From Eggerthellaceae bacterium (GTDB lineage Bacteria; Fibrobacterota; Fibrobacteria; Fibrobacterales; Fibrobacteraceae), in contig CAVBPX010000004.1 in NCBI GenBank assembly GCA_963597395.1, positions 1,358 through 65,357 on the forward strand: a DNA stretch of 64,000 nucleotides, written 5' to 3'. How positions within the stretch are numbered: position 1 is the first letter of the stretch; each line of letters opens with the position of its first letter. This document shows, piece after piece, positions 1 through 11,035 of this stretch. Position numbers and translations under genes: made by a program. The notes beneath the pieces are model-generated. The model ran no database searches, was not told the origin of the DNA, and worked only from the letters and a program-made list of their open reading frames with translations.

Positions 1-249
1 GAAAGCCTTTCTTTCGAAGCCCCGAAGACGAAGGATTTCCTCGCCGTCGTGAACAAGGCCGGTCTCGAACAGCGCAACGCGCTCTTCCTCGTCGGCTCGA
101 ACGACAAGAATCTCCGCCTCTCTTCGGCAAACGTTCCCTGGGTTCGCACCGCGCGTGTCCAGGACGTGAACACCTATGACCTCGTTCGCGCAAACAACAT
201 TGCGATTTCCCAGGAAGCTCTGGGTGAACTTACTGGAGGTTCCAGATGA
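1..249 (+). CDS. rplD: 50S ribosomal protein L4 (uL4), C-terminal part; 5' end outside window
   Basis: Frame 1 open from base 1 (ESLSFEAPKTKDFLAVVNKAGLEQ...). Stop TGA 247-249 overlaps the rplW ATG. Sits directly upstream of rplW-rplB as in S10 operons. Confidence 0.85.
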   Translation, partial: ESLSFEAPKTKDFLAVVNKAGLEQRNALFLVGSNDKNLRLSSANVPWVRTARVQDVNTYDLVRANNIAISQEALGELTGGSR

Positions 250-548
250 AAGAACTCCACGAAATCCTGGTTGAACCGCACATTACCGAAAGTTCTTCCA
301 AGGCGATGGTAAACCCGCGCTCGGGTATCCGTCAGTATGTCTTCAAGGTTGCCCTTTCCGCTACCAAGCCGGAAATCAAGAACGCAATCGAATCCCGCTT
401 TGGCGTGAAGGTCGATTCCGTCCACACCTTGATCAACCGTGGCAAGATGAAACGTGTACGCACCGCTGTAGGCAAGAAGTCCAACTGGAAGAAGGCTTAC
501 ATCACGTTGCAGGCTGGCAACAAGATTGCCGAGATTGAAGGAGTGTAA
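246..548 (+). CDS. rplW: 50S ribosomal protein L23 (uL23)
   Basis: 100 aa; ...[32 protein letters not shown]... is typical L23. Operon position between rplD and rplB. Confidence 0.95.
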   Translation: MKELHEILVEPHITESSSKAMVNPRSGIRQYVFKVALSATKPEIKNAIESRFGVKVDSVHTLINRGKMKRVRTAVGKKSNWKKAYITLQAGNKIAEIEGV

Positions 549-550
549 CA

Positions 551-1384
551 ATGGGTCTGAAAAGCTATAGACCTCTTACCCCGACGCTGCGCTACAAGCA
601 GCTGAACGATAAGAAGGAAATCACAGCTGACAAGCCGTACAAGCCTCTTACCGTTGGCAAAAAGCGCAGCTCCGGCCGCAGCAACGTTGGCGAAATCACC
701 TCTCGTCGTCGCGGCGGTGGACACAAGAAGTCCTATCGTATCATCGACTTCAAGCGCAATCGCGCGGGCATCTCCTGCACGGTCGAAACGATTGAATACG
801 ATCCGAACCGTTCCGCACGCATTGCCCTCGTCAAGTACGCCGACGGCAAGCGTCAATACATCATCGCCCCGGCCGGCATCAAGGTCGGTGACGAGCTCAA
901 GTCCGGCGTCGGAGCCGAATACCGTCTCGGTAACGCTCTTCCGCTGAAGGACATTCCGCTCAACGCGATGATCCACAACATCGAAATGATTCCGGGCAAG
1001 GGCGCCCAGATCGCCCGCTCCGCCGGTGCCGGTGCAGAACTCGTCGCAAAAGACGGCAAGCTCTGCCAGGTCCGCCTTCCGAGCGGCGAAATCCGCCTCA
1101 TTCCGGAAGACTGCCTCGCAACTGTCGGTCAGGTTTCGAACATCGACCACATGAACGAATCCTCGGGTTCTGCAGGTCGTTCCCGCTGGCTCGGTATCCG
1201 TCCGTCCGTCCGCGGCGTCGTGATGAACCCGGTTGACCACCCGCTCGGCGGTGGTGAAGGTCGAACCTCCGGTGGCCGTCACCCCTGCTCTCCGTGGGGC
1301 AAGAACTGCAAGGGCAAGAAAACCCGTAATAACAAGCGTACCGATCACTACATTGTGCGTCGTCGTCAGAAGAAGAGGGCATAA
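551..1384 (+). CDS. rplB: 50S ribosomal protein L2 (uL2)
   Basis: 277 aa; [28 protein letters not shown] and [18 protein letters not shown] signatures. Confidence 0.98.
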   Translation: MGLKSYRPLTPTLRYKQLNDKKEITADKPYKPLTVGKKRSSGRSNVGEITSRRRGGGHKKSYRIIDFKRNRAGISCTVETIEYDPNRSARIALVKYADGKRQYIIAPAGIKVGDELKSGVGAEYRLGNALPLKDIPLNAMIHNIEMIPGKGAQIARSAGAGAELVAKDGKLCQVRLPSGEIRLIPEDCLATVGQVSNIDHMNESSGSAGRSRWLGIRPSVRGVVMNPVDHPLGGGEGRTSGGRHPCSPWGKNCKGKKTRNNKRTDHYIVRRRQKKRA

Positions 1385-1387
1385 GCT

Positions 1388-1669
1388 ATGTCGAGATCCA
1401 TTAAGAAAGGCGCTTTCGTGGATTCCCACGTTTTGGTCAAGGCCAAGGCAATGGCAAGTTCCGACAAGAAGCAGCCCATCAAGACCTGGTCCCGTCGTTC
1501 TACCATCATCCCGGACATGGTCGGCTTGACGTTTGCCGTTTACAATGGCAAGCAGTTCATCCCGGTCTATGTGACCGAAAATATGGTCGGACACAAACTG
1601 GGTGAATTTTCTCCCACACGTATCTTCCGCGGCCACCGCAAGGCTGAAGCTGCAGGAGGAGCTAAATAA
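1388..1669 (+). CDS. rpsS: 30S ribosomal protein S19 (uS19)
   Basis: 93 aa; [12 protein letters not shown]... [16 protein letters not shown]. Confidence 0.97.
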   Translation: MSRSIKKGAFVDSHVLVKAKAMASSDKKQPIKTWSRRSTIIPDMVGLTFAVYNGKQFIPVYVTENMVGHKLGEFSPTRIFRGHRKAEAAGGAK

Positions 1670-2025
1670 TGAAAGCTATTGCAAAAGTCAAGAACATCCG
1701 TTACGGTGTTCGCAAGCTCCGCTTGGTTGTGGATCTGATGCGCGGCAAGTCCGTTGATCAGGCGTTCGCCATGCTTTCCGTTCTTCGCAACAAGAAGAAG
1801 GGCGCTCCGATCGTCGAAAACGCTCTCAAGTCCGCCGTTGCGAACTTCAAGCAGAAGGCCGCAGGCGCCGTCACTACCGAAGATCTGAAGATCGAGGCGA
1901 TTTCCGCCGACGGTGCGACGATTATGAAGCGCATGCGTCCGCGTTCCCATGGAAGCGCCGACCGCATCGCGAAGCCGCTTTCTCATTTGACCGTCGTTGT
2001 CTCGGACAACGCTGATAAGGAGTAA
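1669..2025 (+). CDS. rplV: 50S ribosomal protein L22 (uL22)
   Basis: 118 aa; KNIRYGVRKLRLVVDLMRGKSVDQA motif. ATG overlaps the rpsS stop. Confidence 0.96.
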   Translation: MKAIAKVKNIRYGVRKLRLVVDLMRGKSVDQAFAMLSVLRNKKKGAPIVENALKSAVANFKQKAAGAVTTEDLKIEAISADGATIMKRMRPRSHGSADRIAKPLSHLTVVVSDNADKE

Positions 2026-2028
2026 ACT

Positions 2029-2694
2029 ATGGGTCAGAAAACTCATCCGTATGGTCTTCGTCTCGGCGTTATTGACGACTGGCAGTCGAAGTGGTATGCC
2101 GAGAACGACAAGTTTGCCGATTTCCTCTACGAGGACATTGTGCTGCGTCGTTACCTGATGAAGCGCTTTGAACATGCCTCCCTTTCCAAGGTCGGCATTG
2201 AACGCACCGTCAAGAAAGTGAACGTGAACCTCTTTACCGCTCGCCCGGGTGTCGTCATCGGCAAAAAGGGCGAAGAATTGGAACGCCTCAAGAGCGAACT
2301 CCAATATCTGACCGGAAAAGAAATCTATATTAGCGTCCACGAAATCAAGCGCCCGGAAGCTGATGCAAAGCTCGTTGCCGAAAACATCGCTCGTCAGCTC
2401 GAAAAGCGCGTCTCGTTCCGCCGTGCGATGAAGCGCGCGATGCAGAGTGCGATGCGTATGGGCATTGAAGGCGTCAAGATTCAGTGCGGCGGCCGTCTCG
2501 GTGGAGCGGAAATCGCCCGCGTCGAAAAGTATGCCGAAGGCCGCGTGCCCCTGCATACGCTTCGCGCCGACATCGACTATGCGACCGCCACGGCCAAGAC
2601 CGTTTACGGCGCTGTCGGTATCAAGGTCTGGATCATGCACGGTGAAAAGATTGGCAAGGACGTCTTTTCGTCTGAACCTAAGAGAGAGAAGTAA
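2029..2694 (+). CDS. rpsC: 30S ribosomal protein S3 (uS3)
   Basis: 221 aa; [14 protein letters not shown]..., KH-domain region, [11 protein letters not shown]. Confidence 0.98.
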   Translation: MGQKTHPYGLRLGVIDDWQSKWYAENDKFADFLYEDIVLRRYLMKRFEHASLSKVGIERTVKKVNVNLFTARPGVVIGKKGEELERLKSELQYLTGKEIYISVHEIKRPEADAKLVAENIARQLEKRVSFRRAMKRAMQSAMRMGIEGVKIQCGGRLGGAEIARVEKYAEGRVPLHTLRADIDYATATAKTVYGAVGIKVWIMHGEKIGKDVFSSEPKREK

Positions 2695-2696
2695 TT

Positions 2697-3110
2697 ATGC
2701 TGAGTCCTAAAAGAACAAAGTTCCGCAAAGAACAGAAGCGTCGCATGAAAGGACGTGCGACGAGCGGCGATACGATTGCTTTCGGTGAATACGGAATGCA
2801 GGCTCTCGAGAAGTGCTGGATCACGGCACGTCAGATCGAAGCGGCCCGTATCACGATGACCCGCACCATCAAGCGCGGCGGTCACATCTGGATCCGCATT
2901 TTCCCGAACAAGCCGGTCACCCGTCACCCCGCAGAAGCCCGTATGGGTAAGGGCAAGGGCGCTGTCGAATTCTGGGCAGCCGTCGTTCTCCCGGGTCGCA
3001 TCATGTTCGAAATGGACGGTGTGGATCGCGATCTCGCCCTCAAGGCCATGCGCGATGCCGCCCAGAAGTTGCCGATCAAAGTTAAAATCGTGGAGGCTTC
3101 GGAGATCTAA
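2697..3110 (+). CDS. rplP: 50S ribosomal protein L16 (uL16)
   Basis: 137 aa; [21 protein letters not shown]... [14 protein letters not shown]. Confidence 0.98.
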   Translation: MLSPKRTKFRKEQKRRMKGRATSGDTIAFGEYGMQALEKCWITARQIEAARITMTRTIKRGGHIWIRIFPNKPVTRHPAEARMGKGKGAVEFWAAVVLPGRIMFEMDGVDRDLALKAMRDAAQKLPIKVKIVEASEI

Positions 3111-3304
3111 TGAAAGCACGCGAACTGAAGGAATTGAGCAACGAACAGCTTCAGGAAAAGCTCTCCCAGCTGAACCTCGACCTGTTCAACAACCGGTTCT
3201 CTGCAAAAACTGGCAACAGCGTAGAGAAGCCCGTCACGATGCGTTCCATCCGTAAGGACATCGCTCGCATCAAGACCATTCTTACCGAAAGGGCCAAGGC
3301 GTGA
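3110..3304 (+). CDS. rpmC: 50S ribosomal protein L29 (uL29)
   Basis: 64 aa; [21 protein letters not shown]... typical L29 helix pair. ATG overlaps the rplP stop. Confidence 0.95.
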   Translation: MKARELKELSNEQLQEKLSQLNLDLFNNRFSAKTGNSVEKPVTMRSIRKDIARIKTILTERAKA

Positions 3305-3321
3305 GCCGGCAGGAGCAAACA

Positions 3322-3576
3322 ATGGAAAGAAACTCTCGCAAAGTGAGACAGGGTATCGTTTCGTCCAGCGCTATGGACAAGACGATTACGGTTGTGGTCG
3401 AAGACCGCAAGCGTCACCCGATTTACAACAAGATCATGAAATCCACGTCGAAGTTCAAGGCTCATGACGAAAAGAATGAAGCCGAAGTCGGCGATACCGT
3501 GGAAATCATGGAAACCCGTCCCCTTTCCGCAACGAAGCGTTGGCGCCTTGTTCGGATTGTGGCAAAGAAGAAGTAA
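3322..3576 (+). CDS. rpsQ: 30S ribosomal protein S17 (uS17)
   Basis: ORF track starts at GTG 3301, but ATG 3322 is preceded by AGGAG (3310-3314) and gives an 84-aa protein [15 protein letters not shown]...RWRLVRIV, the typical S17 length. Confidence 0.93.
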   Translation: MERNSRKVRQGIVSSSAMDKTITVVVEDRKRHPIYNKIMKSTSKFKAHDEKNEAEVGDTVEIMETRPLSATKRWRLVRIVAKKK

Positions 3577-3600
3577 TCCTTCTGGAGTAAGGCGAATAAT

Positions 3601-3969
3601 ATGATTCAAGAAGAAACAAGACTGGTCGTGGCCGACAACAGCGGTGCGAAAGAAGTCGCCTGCATCCGAGTTTTGGGTGGATCCAACCGGCGCTATGCAA
3701 GCATCGGTGACGTCATCAAGGTAGCCGTCAAGGACGCTATCCCCCAGAGCAAGGTGAAGAAAGGCTCTGTCGCCGATGCCGTCGTGGTCCGTACACGCAA
3801 GGAAATCGGTCGCAAGGACGGATCTTTCATCCGTTTCTCCGACAACGCCGTCGTGCTTATCACGAAAGACGGCGAACCCCGTGGAACCCGTATCTTTGGA
3901 CCTGTTGCGCGCGAACTTCGCGACCACAACTTCACAAAGATAATTTCTCTCGCACCCGAGGTGCTCTAA
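3601..3969 (+). CDS. rplN: 50S ribosomal protein L14 (uL14)
   Basis: 122 aa; [27 protein letters not shown]. Confidence 0.98.
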   Translation: MIQEETRLVVADNSGAKEVACIRVLGGSNRRYASIGDVIKVAVKDAIPQSKVKKGSVADAVVVRTRKEIGRKDGSFIRFSDNAVVLITKDGEPRGTRIFGPVARELRDHNFTKIISLAPEVL

Positions 3970-4274
3970 TGTCTAACATCAAGAAGAACGATAACGTCAA
4001 GGTTATCTCCGGCTCTTACAAGGGAAAAACCGGTGCGGTTCTGAGCGTTGATCCGAAGAAGGGTCGCGTGATTGTTGCTGGCGTGAACGTCCACAAGCGT
4101 CACGAGAAGCCGAGCCAGACCAACCAGACCGGTGGCATCGTTGAAAAGGAACTTCCGATCGACATCTCCAACGTGATGCTTCTCGAAGGTTCCACTCCCG
4201 TCCGTACGCGTCGTACCCGTGAACCGGGCAAGAAGAGCGTCCGCGTGAGCGTCAAGTCCGGCAAGGCTCTGTGA
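3969..4274 (+). CDS. rplX: 50S ribosomal protein L24 (uL24)
   Basis: 101 aa; [23 protein letters not shown] (KOW motif). ATG overlaps the rplN stop. Confidence 0.96.
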   Translation: MSNIKKNDNVKVISGSYKGKTGAVLSVDPKKGRVIVAGVNVHKRHEKPSQTNQTGGIVEKELPIDISNVMLLEGSTPVRTRRTREPGKKSVRVSVKSGKAL

Positions 4275-4284
4275 GGTCTATACA

Positions 4285-4827
4285 ATGAGCACAATGAAGA
4301 AAGATGTTTACGAAAAGACCGTAGCGCCTGCCCTCAAGCAGAAATTCGGTTACAAAAACGTGATGCAGATTCCGCGTCTGCAGAAGATCGTCATCAACAT
4401 GGGTGTAGGCGAAGCCGCCTCGAACCGCAAGGTTCTTGACGAAGCGGTGGACGTCCTCTCCGCCATCACCGGGCAGAAGCCCGTCGTGACGAAGGCTCGC
4501 AAGGCAATTTCGAACTTCAAGCTCCGCGAAGGGCTCGGAATCGGTGCCAAGGTGACCCTCCACGGCGAAAACATGTGGGACTTCCTCTATCGGTTCATCA
4601 ATATCACCCTTCCGCGCGTGCGTGACTTCCGCGGTCTTCCGCGTCGCGGCTTTGACGGCTGCGGCAACTACACGCTCGGCATCAAGGAACAGTCGATTTT
4701 TGTTGAAATCGATATCGATAAAATTTCTCAGACCCTTGGCATGGACATCTCCTTTGTCACTTCCGCCCAGTCGGATGACGAAGGTCGCGCCCTGCTCGAA
4801 GGTCTCGGTCTCCCCTTCAGGAAGTAA
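4285..4827 (+). CDS. rplE: 50S ribosomal protein L5 (uL5)
   Basis: 180 aa; [16 protein letters not shown]... [15 protein letters not shown]. Confidence 0.97.
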   Translation: MSTMKKDVYEKTVAPALKQKFGYKNVMQIPRLQKIVINMGVGEAASNRKVLDEAVDVLSAITGQKPVVTKARKAISNFKLREGLGIGAKVTLHGENMWDFLYRFINITLPRVRDFRGLPRRGFDGCGNYTLGIKEQSIFVEIDIDKISQTLGMDISFVTSAQSDDEGRALLEGLGLPFRK

Positions 4828-4835
4828 GGTATACC

Positions 4836-5021
4836 ATGGCAAGCAGAAGAATGATTGAAAAGTGCAAGCGCACTCCGAAATACACGGTTCGTGGGTATCA
4901 TCGCTGCAAGCGTTGCGGTAGGCCGCACGCCTATATGCGTCGCTTTGGACTGTGCCGTATTTGCTTCCGCGAAATGGCACTCGCCGGCGAAATCCCGGGC
5001 ATCACCAAATCTTCCTGGTAA
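4836..5021 (+). CDS. rpsN: 30S ribosomal protein S14, zinc-binding type Z (uS14)
   Basis: 61 aa; [23 protein letters not shown] carries the two CxxC pairs of the short Zn form. Confidence 0.96.
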   Translation: MASRRMIEKCKRTPKYTVRGYHRCKRCGRPHAYMRRFGLCRICFREMALAGEIPGITKSSW

Positions 5022-5035
5022 GGAGCGTTTAACAA

Positions 5036-5428
5036 ATGGCAACAGATACAATCGCCGATATGCTCACCCGCATCCGCAACGCCGTCGCGGCGAAGGCGCC
5101 TGTGGTGGACATTCCTGCCAGCAATCAGAAGCGCGAAATCGCTCGTGTTTTGCAGGAAAAAGGTTTTATTAAGAAATTCGTCGTGGTCGATGACGGCAAG
5201 CAGGGCATTATCAAGGTCCTTCTCCGCTACACGAACGGCGTTCCGGCTATTCAAGGCATCCAGCGCGTCAGCCGCTCGGGACTTCGTGCCTACAGTGATG
5301 TGGCAAAGCTTCCGCGCGTCCGCAACGGTCTTGGCTATGCGATTATCTCCACTTCCAAAGGTGTGATGACCGACCACGAAGCCCGCAAGGAAAACGTGGG
5401 TGGTGAAATCATTGCAAAGGTCTGGTGA
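5036..5428 (+). CDS. rpsH: 30S ribosomal protein S8 (uS8)
   Basis: 130 aa; DTIADMLTRIRNA... GGEIIAKVW. Confidence 0.97.
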   Translation: MATDTIADMLTRIRNAVAAKAPVVDIPASNQKREIARVLQEKGFIKKFVVVDDGKQGIIKVLLRYTNGVPAIQGIQRVSRSGLRAYSDVAKLPRVRNGLGYAIISTSKGVMTDHEARKENVGGEIIAKVW

Positions 5429-5435
5429 GGTAAAG

Positions 5436-5975
5436 ATGTCTCGTATCGGAAAAGCTATCATTCATATCCCCGCCGGCGTCAAGGTGTCGCTCAACGGCCA
5501 GAACATCCTGGTCGAAGGCCCGCTCGGAAAGCTCTCCTCCAAGGTTCACGATCTCATCAAGATCAACCTCGATGGCGACAAGCTTTCTTTTGAACGCCCG
5601 GACGATCAGAAGTTTACGCGTGCTATCCACGGCACGACCCGCGCCCTCGTGGCGAACATGGTCGAAGGCGTTACCAAGGGCTTTGAAAAGAACCTGGAAA
5701 TCGTCGGCGTCGGCTACCGCGTAGAACAAAAAGGCAACGACTTGAACCTCGTGCTCGGATTCTCCCACCCGGTGATCTACAAGGCTCCGGAAGGAATCAC
5801 GCTGAAGGCGGTTGACCCGCTGAAAATCAGCATCAAGGGCATCGACAAGCAAAAAGTTGGTCAGGCTGCAGCTGAAATTCGCAAGTACCGCCGTCCCGAA
5901 CCGTATAAGGGCAAGGGCATCAAGTACGTTGGCGAATACATCCGCCGCAAGCAGGGCAAGAAGACAGGTAAATAA
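5436..5975 (+). CDS. rplF: 50S ribosomal protein L6 (uL6)
   Basis: ORF track begins at 5400 inside rpsH. ATG 5436 gives the canonical MSRIGKAIIHIPAGVKV... start, 179 aa. Confidence 0.95.
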   Translation: MSRIGKAIIHIPAGVKVSLNGQNILVEGPLGKLSSKVHDLIKINLDGDKLSFERPDDQKFTRAIHGTTRALVANMVEGVTKGFEKNLEIVGVGYRVEQKGNDLNLVLGFSHPVIYKAPEGITLKAVDPLKISIKGIDKQKVGQAAAEIRKYRRPEPYKGKGIKYVGEYIRRKQGKKTGK

Positions 5976-5984
5976 GGTAACGTT

Positions 5985-6356
5985 ATGGCTGTTATTGCTA
6001 AAAAAAGACTTGAGTCCAGAATTGCGCGTCATGCACGTGTTCGCAAGACCGTCAACGGTACCCCCGAACGTCCGCGTCTTGCCGTCCGTCGCACGCTTTC
6101 TAACATGATCGCTCAGATCATTGACGATGTTTCTCACAAATCCTTGGTGCAGCTCGCAACGTCTTCCAAGGATTTCCAGGCGAAGTTCGGTGAACTCACC
6201 AAGACCGAACAGAGCAAGAAACTCGGAAATCTCATCGCCGACGAAGCGAAGGCCAAGGGCATCTCTGCCGTTGTGTTCGATCGCGGCGGTTACATTTATC
6301 ACGGTCGCGTTCAGGCTCTCGCTGAGGGAGCTCGTGAAGGCGGACTCCAATTCTAA
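5985..6356 (+). CDS. rplR: 50S ribosomal protein L18 (uL18)
   Basis: 123 aa; [23 protein letters not shown]... [27 protein letters not shown]. Confidence 0.97.
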   Translation: MAVIAKKRLESRIARHARVRKTVNGTPERPRLAVRRTLSNMIAQIIDDVSHKSLVQLATSSKDFQAKFGELTKTEQSKKLGNLIADEAKAKGISAVVFDRGGYIYHGRVQALAEGAREGGLQF

Positions 6357-6366
6357 GAGGTACACT

Positions 6367-6849
6367 TTGGAACGCGAAACTCAAGTTTCTGAATTTGAAG
6401 ACAGAGTTGTGCACATCAATCGTTGCGCCAAGACCGTCAAGGGCGGTCGTCGCATGTCCTTCAGTGCTCTCGTCGTTGTGGGCAACAAGAAGGGCAAGAT
6501 CGGTGTGGGCTTAGGCAAGGCGAAGGAAGTTTCCGAAGCTATCCGCAAAGGAACCGAAGCCGCCCAGCGCAATCTCATCGAGGTGAACGTCCAGGACGGA
6601 ACCATTCCGCACGATGTCGAAATCAAGTACGGTGCAACGCGCATCCGTCTGATTCCGGCAGCTCCCGGTACCGGTGTTATCGCCGGCGCTGCGGCCCGTG
6701 CCGTTTTGGAACTCGCCGGTGTCCACAACATTCTTACCAAGATCTATGGTTCTTCCAATCCGAGCACCGTGGTCCAGGCCTGCATTGAAGGTCTCACGAC
6801 TCAGAAGAACAAAAATGACTACGCTGCTCTGCGCGGTCAGAACGCCTGA
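6367..6849 (+). CDS. rpsE: 30S ribosomal protein S5 (uS5)
   Basis: The 242-aa ORF from 6121 overlaps rplR. The S5 sequence starts at in-frame TTG 6367 (LERETQVSEFEDRVVHINRCAKTVKGGRRMSF...), preceded by AAGAGG at 6355-6360. About 160 aa. Confidence 0.9.
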   Translation: MERETQVSEFEDRVVHINRCAKTVKGGRRMSFSALVVVGNKKGKIGVGLGKAKEVSEAIRKGTEAAQRNLIEVNVQDGTIPHDVEIKYGATRIRLIPAAPGTGVIAGAAARAVLELAGVHNILTKIYGSSNPSTVVQACIEGLTTQKNKNDYAALRGQNA

Positions 6850-6860
6850 GGTCTAGAGAA

Positions 6861-7040
6861 ATGAAAAAAGTAAGAATTACCCAGATCAAGGGAATCATCC
6901 ACGCCCTGCCGAAGCACAAGGCCAACATCAAGGCTCTCGGGCTTCACGGGATTGGAACTTCTAACGAATTGACGCTGACTCCGGCTATCCAGGGCATCAT
7001 CAATGTTGTCCGCCACATGGTCAAGATCGAGGAGATTTAA
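6861..7040 (+). CDS. rpmD: 50S ribosomal protein L30 (uL30)
   Basis: Below the 60-aa ORF-track cutoff. Hand translation: MKKVRITQIKGIIHALPKHKANIKALGLHGIGTSNELTLTPAIQGIINVVRHMVKIEEI (59 aa), stop TAA 7038-7040. Confidence 0.93.
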   Translation: MKKVRITQIKGIIHALPKHKANIKALGLHGIGTSNELTLTPAIQGIINVVRHMVKIEEI

Positions 7041-7042
7041 TC

Positions 7043-7489
7043 ATGCAACTCAATAGTATCAATCCTGGCAAAAGCGCTCTGACGAAAGGCCGGAAGCGCA
7101 TTGGTCGCGGCCCCGGCTCGGGCTGGGGAACGACCGGCGGTCGTGGTCAGAAGGGTGCCGGCGCTCGCAAGAGCGCAAAGGCCGGACGCGTCGCCTTTGA
7201 AGGCGGCCAGATGCCGATGCACCGTCGCATTCCGAAGCGCGGATTCAAGAGCCATATCGTCCACGACACGCAGATCGTGAACCTGAAGGCCCTCGAAAAG
7301 TCCGGTGTCGTCGAATTTGACGTAAAGGTCCTGGCCGACCAGGGTCTTGTCCGCAGCATCAACAAGCCTGTGAAGGTTCTTGGCTACGGCACGATCACGA
7401 AGGCCATCACTTTGAAAGTCAACGCCATCAGCGAAAAGGCCAAAGCGGCTGTGGAAGCTGCCGGCGGCAAAGTCGAGATCGTTAAATAA
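7043..7489 (+). CDS. rplO: 50S ribosomal protein L15 (uL15)
   Basis: 148 aa; GRGPGSGWGTTGGRGQKGAGAR glycine-rich N-terminus typical of L15. Confidence 0.96.
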   Translation: MQLNSINPGKSALTKGRKRIGRGPGSGWGTTGGRGQKGAGARKSAKAGRVAFEGGQMPMHRRIPKRGFKSHIVHDTQIVNLKALEKSGVVEFDVKVLADQGLVRSINKPVKVLGYGTITKAITLKVNAISEKAKAAVEAAGGKVEIVK

Positions 7490-8850
7490 TGGAAGCTCTG
7501 AAGAAAGCATTTGGCGGTTTCGCCAACGCCTTCAAGGTGGAAGCCCTGAGGAAAAAGATTCTCTTTACCTTGGGGATTCTCATCGTCTATCGCATCGGAG
7601 CGCACATCACGATTCCGGGTGTCGATGCTACTGTTCTCGCTGAATACTTCCGCAATTCGAACAACATGTTCGGACTGTACGATTCCTTTACGGGCGGTGC
7701 TTTTGCCAAGGCGACGGTGTTCGCTTTGGGCATTATGCCGTATATCAGCGCGAGCATCATCATCCAGCTGATGGGCTCCGTCATTCCTGCGATCCAGATG
7801 CTTCAGAAGGAAGGTCAGGAAGGTCGCGCCAAGTTGAATCAATACACGCGCTACTTTACGGTGCTCCTCGGCGCTCTTCAGGGCTGGGGCGTTGCCGTCT
7901 GGCTTTCGAGCTTGAAAGTTTCCACCGCGACCGGTACGGGCATTTCCGTGCTGACGGACGGTTTCCAGTCCGGGCTTGGCAATGTCGGCTTCCGGTTACT
8001 TGCTACGCTTACCTTCACCACGGGAACGATCTTTGTCATGTATCTCGGCGAGAGAATCACGGCGAAGGGTGTCGGTAACGGAATCTCCCTGATAATCTTT
8101 GCCGGTATCGTCGGCGAATTACCGAGGGCCTTCCTGCGCGAATTCGAAATGTTCCGCGAAGATATCCAACCGCTCGCTATCGAGATTTTCATCTTGGCGA
8201 TCGTCGTTGCCATCATCGCGTTCATCGTGTTCGTGGAACAGGCCGTTCGGCGCATTCCGCTGCAGAGTCCGCGCAGGGTGGTCGGGCGCAAGGTCATGGG
8301 CGGTCAGTCCAGCAATTTGCCGTTCAAGGTGAATACCGCCGGAGTGATTCCCGTCATTTTCGCCTCCTCCATTATGTTCGTGCCCGCGATTATCGCTTCG
8401 TGGATGCCCAGTGTGAGCTGGGCGCAGGCCTTTGCCGGCGCCTTCGTTCCGGGACACATGACGTATAGCGTTATCTTCGCCGCATTGATTATCTTTTTCA
8501 CTTACTTCTATACGGCTATCCAGTACAATCCGTCGGACATTGCGGATAATCTGAAGAAGTCGGGTGGTTTTATTCCGGGCATTCGTCCGGGCAAGAAGAC
8601 CGCCGAATATATTGACCACATTCTGACCCGCATTTCGCTGCCCGGATCCATTTTCCTCGCAGTAATCAGCGTCGGTCCGCTCCATTTGAAAGACGCGTTG
8701 AACATGTCTTTCTATATTGGTGGCACTTCGGTCCTGATTGTGGTCGGTGTTGCGCTGGACACGCTTCGTCAACTCGAGGCCCAGCTCAAGACCAATGAAT
8801 ACGCAGGTTTCCTCAAGCATGGCCGCATTCGCGGCAGGATGGCGTCCTAG
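7489..8850 (+). CDS. secY: preprotein translocase subunit SecY
   Basis: 453 aa, about 10 TM segments; ...[16 protein letters not shown]... motif. Canonical position after rplO. Confidence 0.97.
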   Translation: MEALKKAFGGFANAFKVEALRKKILFTLGILIVYRIGAHITIPGVDATVLAEYFRNSNNMFGLYDSFTGGAFAKATVFALGIMPYISASIIIQLMGSVIPAIQMLQKEGQEGRAKLNQYTRYFTVLLGALQGWGVAVWLSSLKVSTATGTGISVLTDGFQSGLGNVGFRLLATLTFTTGTIFVMYLGERITAKGVGNGISLIIFAGIVGELPRAFLREFEMFREDIQPLAIEIFILAIVVAIIAFIVFVEQAVRRIPLQSPRRVVGRKVMGGQSSNLPFKVNTAGVIPVIFASSIMFVPAIIASWMPSVSWAQAFAGAFVPGHMTYSVIFAALIIFFTYFYTAIQYNPSDIADNLKKSGGFIPGIRPGKKTAEYIDHILTRISLPGSIFLAVISVGPLHLKDALNMSFYIGGTSVLIVVGVALDTLRQLEAQLKTNEYAGFLKHGRIRGRMAS

Positions 8851-9068
8851 TGGCTAAAGAAGAAGGCATTCAAGTAGAAGGCGTTGTGCTGGAAGCACTC
8901 CCCAACGCTTTCTTTCGGGTCGGCCTCGAAAATGGCCATGAGATTCTCGCTCATGTTTCTGGAAAAATGCGCCGGCATTTTATCCGCATCTTGCCGGACG
9001 ACAAAGTGTTGGTCGAGATTTCCCCGTACGATCTGTCTCGGGGAAGGATCACCTACCGTTACAAGTAA
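8850..9068 (+). CDS. infA: translation initiation factor IF-1
   Basis: 72 aa; [40 protein letters not shown]...[16 protein letters not shown] start shares one base with the secY TAG. Confidence 0.96.
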   Translation: MAKEEGIQVEGVVLEALPNAFFRVGLENGHEILAHVSGKMRRHFIRILPDDKVLVEISPYDLSRGRITYRYK

Positions 9069-9092
9069 TAGGGACAAAAAAGGTTAGAACCT

Positions 9093-9209
9093 ATGAAAAT
9101 CAAAGCCTCCATCAAACCTAGATGTGAAAACTGCAAGATTGTCCGCCGCAAGGGCATTCTTCGCGTCATCTGTTCTAAGAACCCCCGTCACAAGCAGAGA
9201 CAGGGTTAG
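9093..9209 (+). CDS. rpmJ: 50S ribosomal protein L36 (bL36), zinc-binding form
   Basis: Hand translation [38 protein letters not shown] (38 aa), with the CxxC...C...H pattern. Confidence 0.94.
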   Translation: MKIKASIKPRCENCKIVRRKGILRVICSKNPRHKQRQG

Positions 9210-9217
9210 GAGATTTT

Positions 9218-9586
9218 ATGGCACGTATTGCTGGTGTCGATTTGCCGAAAAACAAGACTGTCGAGTACGGTCTGACGGCTATCTACGGAGTCGGTCTGTT
9301 CACCTCTCGCAAGATCTGTTCCCAGCTCGGAATCGATCTGAAGAAAAAGTGCGACGACCTGACTGAAGAAGAACAAGGTAAGATTCGTCACGTTCTCGAA
9401 GACGAGTATTCTGTGGAAGGTCAGCTTCGCGCAGAAACGACCTTGAACATCAAGCGTCTTCAAGATATCGGATGCTATCGCGGTTCCCGCCACCTGAAAA
9501 AGTTGCCGGTCCGCGGCCAGCGCACCCGTACGAACGCTCGCACTCGCAAGGGTCCGAAGAAGACCGTTGCTAACAAGAAGAAGTAA
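9218..9586 (+). CDS. rpsM: 30S ribosomal protein S13 (uS13)
   Basis: 122 aa; [13 protein letters not shown]... [28 protein letters not shown]. Confidence 0.97.
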   Translation: MARIAGVDLPKNKTVEYGLTAIYGVGLFTSRKICSQLGIDLKKKCDDLTEEEQGKIRHVLEDEYSVEGQLRAETTLNIKRLQDIGCYRGSRHLKKLPVRGQRTRTNARTRKGPKKTVANKKK

Positions 9587-9597
9587 GGAGACGATCC

Positions 9598-10035
9598 GTG
9601 GCAGACGAAGAAGTTAAAGAAACCGCCGCTCCGGTTGCAGCAGAAGCCGCTCCCGCCGAGGAAAAGGTCAAGAAAGGCAAGAAGCGCGTTGACGTGCAGG
9701 GCATCGCCTGCGTCAATGCATCGTTCAACAACACGATCGTGTCGATTACGGACGCCCGTGGCAACGTCGTCGCATGGGGCTCGCCGGGAAACTCCGGTTT
9801 TAAGGGCTCCCGCAAGAGCACTCCGTTTGCGGCCCAGCTCGCTGCGGAAGCCGCAGCCCGCAAGGCTTACGACCTGGGCATTCGCAAGGTCGATGTCCGC
9901 GTGAAGGGCGCCGGCGGTGGACGCGAGTCCGCTGTTCGCGCCATCAAGAACGTCGGCATCGAAGTGCTGACGATTCGCGACGTGACCGGTGTTCCGCACA
10001 ACGGATGCCGTCCTAAGAAGAAGAGAAGAGTTTAA
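9598..10035 (+). CDS. rpsK: 30S ribosomal protein S11 (uS11) with Ala/Glu-rich N-terminal extension
   Basis: 145 aa, GTG start. The core [30 protein letters not shown]... is preceded by [28 protein letters not shown]. Confidence 0.95.
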   Translation: MADEEVKETAAPVAAEAAPAEEKVKKGKKRVDVQGIACVNASFNNTIVSITDARGNVVAWGSPGNSGFKGSRKSTPFAAQLAAEAAARKAYDLGIRKVDVRVKGAGGGRESAVRAIKNVGIEVLTIRDVTGVPHNGCRPKKKRRV

Positions 10036-10055
10036 TCTCAATAGGAAGAACGCCA

Positions 10056-11030
10056 ATGATGTGGAAATCTCTCCAAATGCCGCGCAGTTTCCAGAAAGTG
10101 GAAACACGCGAAGACGGGCGCTACGCGAAATTCGTCGTGGAAGCCCTGGAACGCGGCTGGGGCATTACTATCGGTAATGCTCTCCGCCGTACGCTGCTTT
10201 CCTCGTTGCAAGGTGCCGCTATCGTTTCTGTGAAAATCGCCGGTGTCGATAAGGAATTCTCGTCGATCCCGGGAGTGAAGGAAGATGTCACCGACATCAT
10301 CCTGAACCTGAAGAGCATTCGCGTCAAGCTGCTCTCCGATCACGACGAAACGCTTCGCCTGGACATGTCTGGTAACGGTGAAATCACCGCTGCGAACATC
10401 GAGGAGAATCCCAACGTGGTGATCCTTACCCCAGATGTCCATATTGCGACGCTTTCCGGCAACGCATCCCTGAGTATGGAACTCAAGGTCTCTTCGGGCC
10501 GCGGCTATGTGGTCGCTGACGAACTGAAGGATCCGGATGCGCCTATCGGCGAAATCGCCATGGATGCGAACTTCAACCCGGTGTTGAGCGTCGCAACGCA
10601 CGTGAGCGATACCCGTGTGGGCCAGAAGACGGACTACAACCGCCTGGAACTGGAAATTACGACGGACGGTTCGATTGACCCGGAAGACGCTCTCGCCTAT
10701 GCGGCGAAGCTCCTCGTCGATCACCTGGAAGCCTTCATCAACTTCGAAGGGGATCTCGAATCTCCGGAAGAGATGGTCCAGGATGAAGAACGTCAGCGCA
10801 TTGCCAGCCGCCTCCGTATGCGTGTCGATGAACTGGAACTTTCCGTTCGTTCCAGCAACTGCCTCCGTATGGCGAATATCCATACGATCGCGGAACTCGT
10901 TCGCAATAAGGAACAGGACATGCTGAAATACAAGAACTTCGGTCGGAAGTCCTTGGTTGAACTTAACGAGGTATTGACGTCGATGGGACTCAGCTTCGGC
11001 ATGAACGTCGATGAATACTTGAAGGATTAA
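10056..11030 (+). CDS. rpoA: DNA-directed RNA polymerase subunit alpha
   Basis: 324 aa; GWGITIGNALRRTLLSSLQGAAI and C-terminal domain ...LELSVRSSNCLRMANIHTIAELV. Confidence 0.97.
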   Translation: MMWKSLQMPRSFQKVETREDGRYAKFVVEALERGWGITIGNALRRTLLSSLQGAAIVSVKIAGVDKEFSSIPGVKEDVTDIILNLKSIRVKLLSDHDETLRLDMSGNGEITAANIEENPNVVILTPDVHIATLSGNASLSMELKVSSGRGYVVADELKDPDAPIGEIAMDANFNPVLSVATHVSDTRVGQKTDYNRLELEITTDGSIDPEDALAYAAKLLVDHLEAFINFEGDLESPEEMVQDEERQRIASRLRMRVDELELSVRSSNCLRMANIHTIAELVRNKEQDMLKYKNFGRKSLVELNEVLTSMGLSFGMNVDEYLKD

Positions 11031-11035
11031 GAAAA

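Noticed and set aside
497-1636. 379-aa ORF antisense to rplW/rplB/rpsS. Similar ORFs occur at 1567-2640 and 5409-6365 on the minus strand of the ribosomal cluster.
   Set aside because: Arg/His/Gly-rich shadow ORFs opposite highly conserved ribosomal genes. This is a typical artefact of GC-rich codon usage, and there is no independent start context.
10036-10055. Possible missing or pseudogenised rpsD between rpsK and rpoA.
   Set aside because: The spacer is only 20 nt with no remnant coding sequence. rpsD is simply encoded elsewhere, as in several other lineages.
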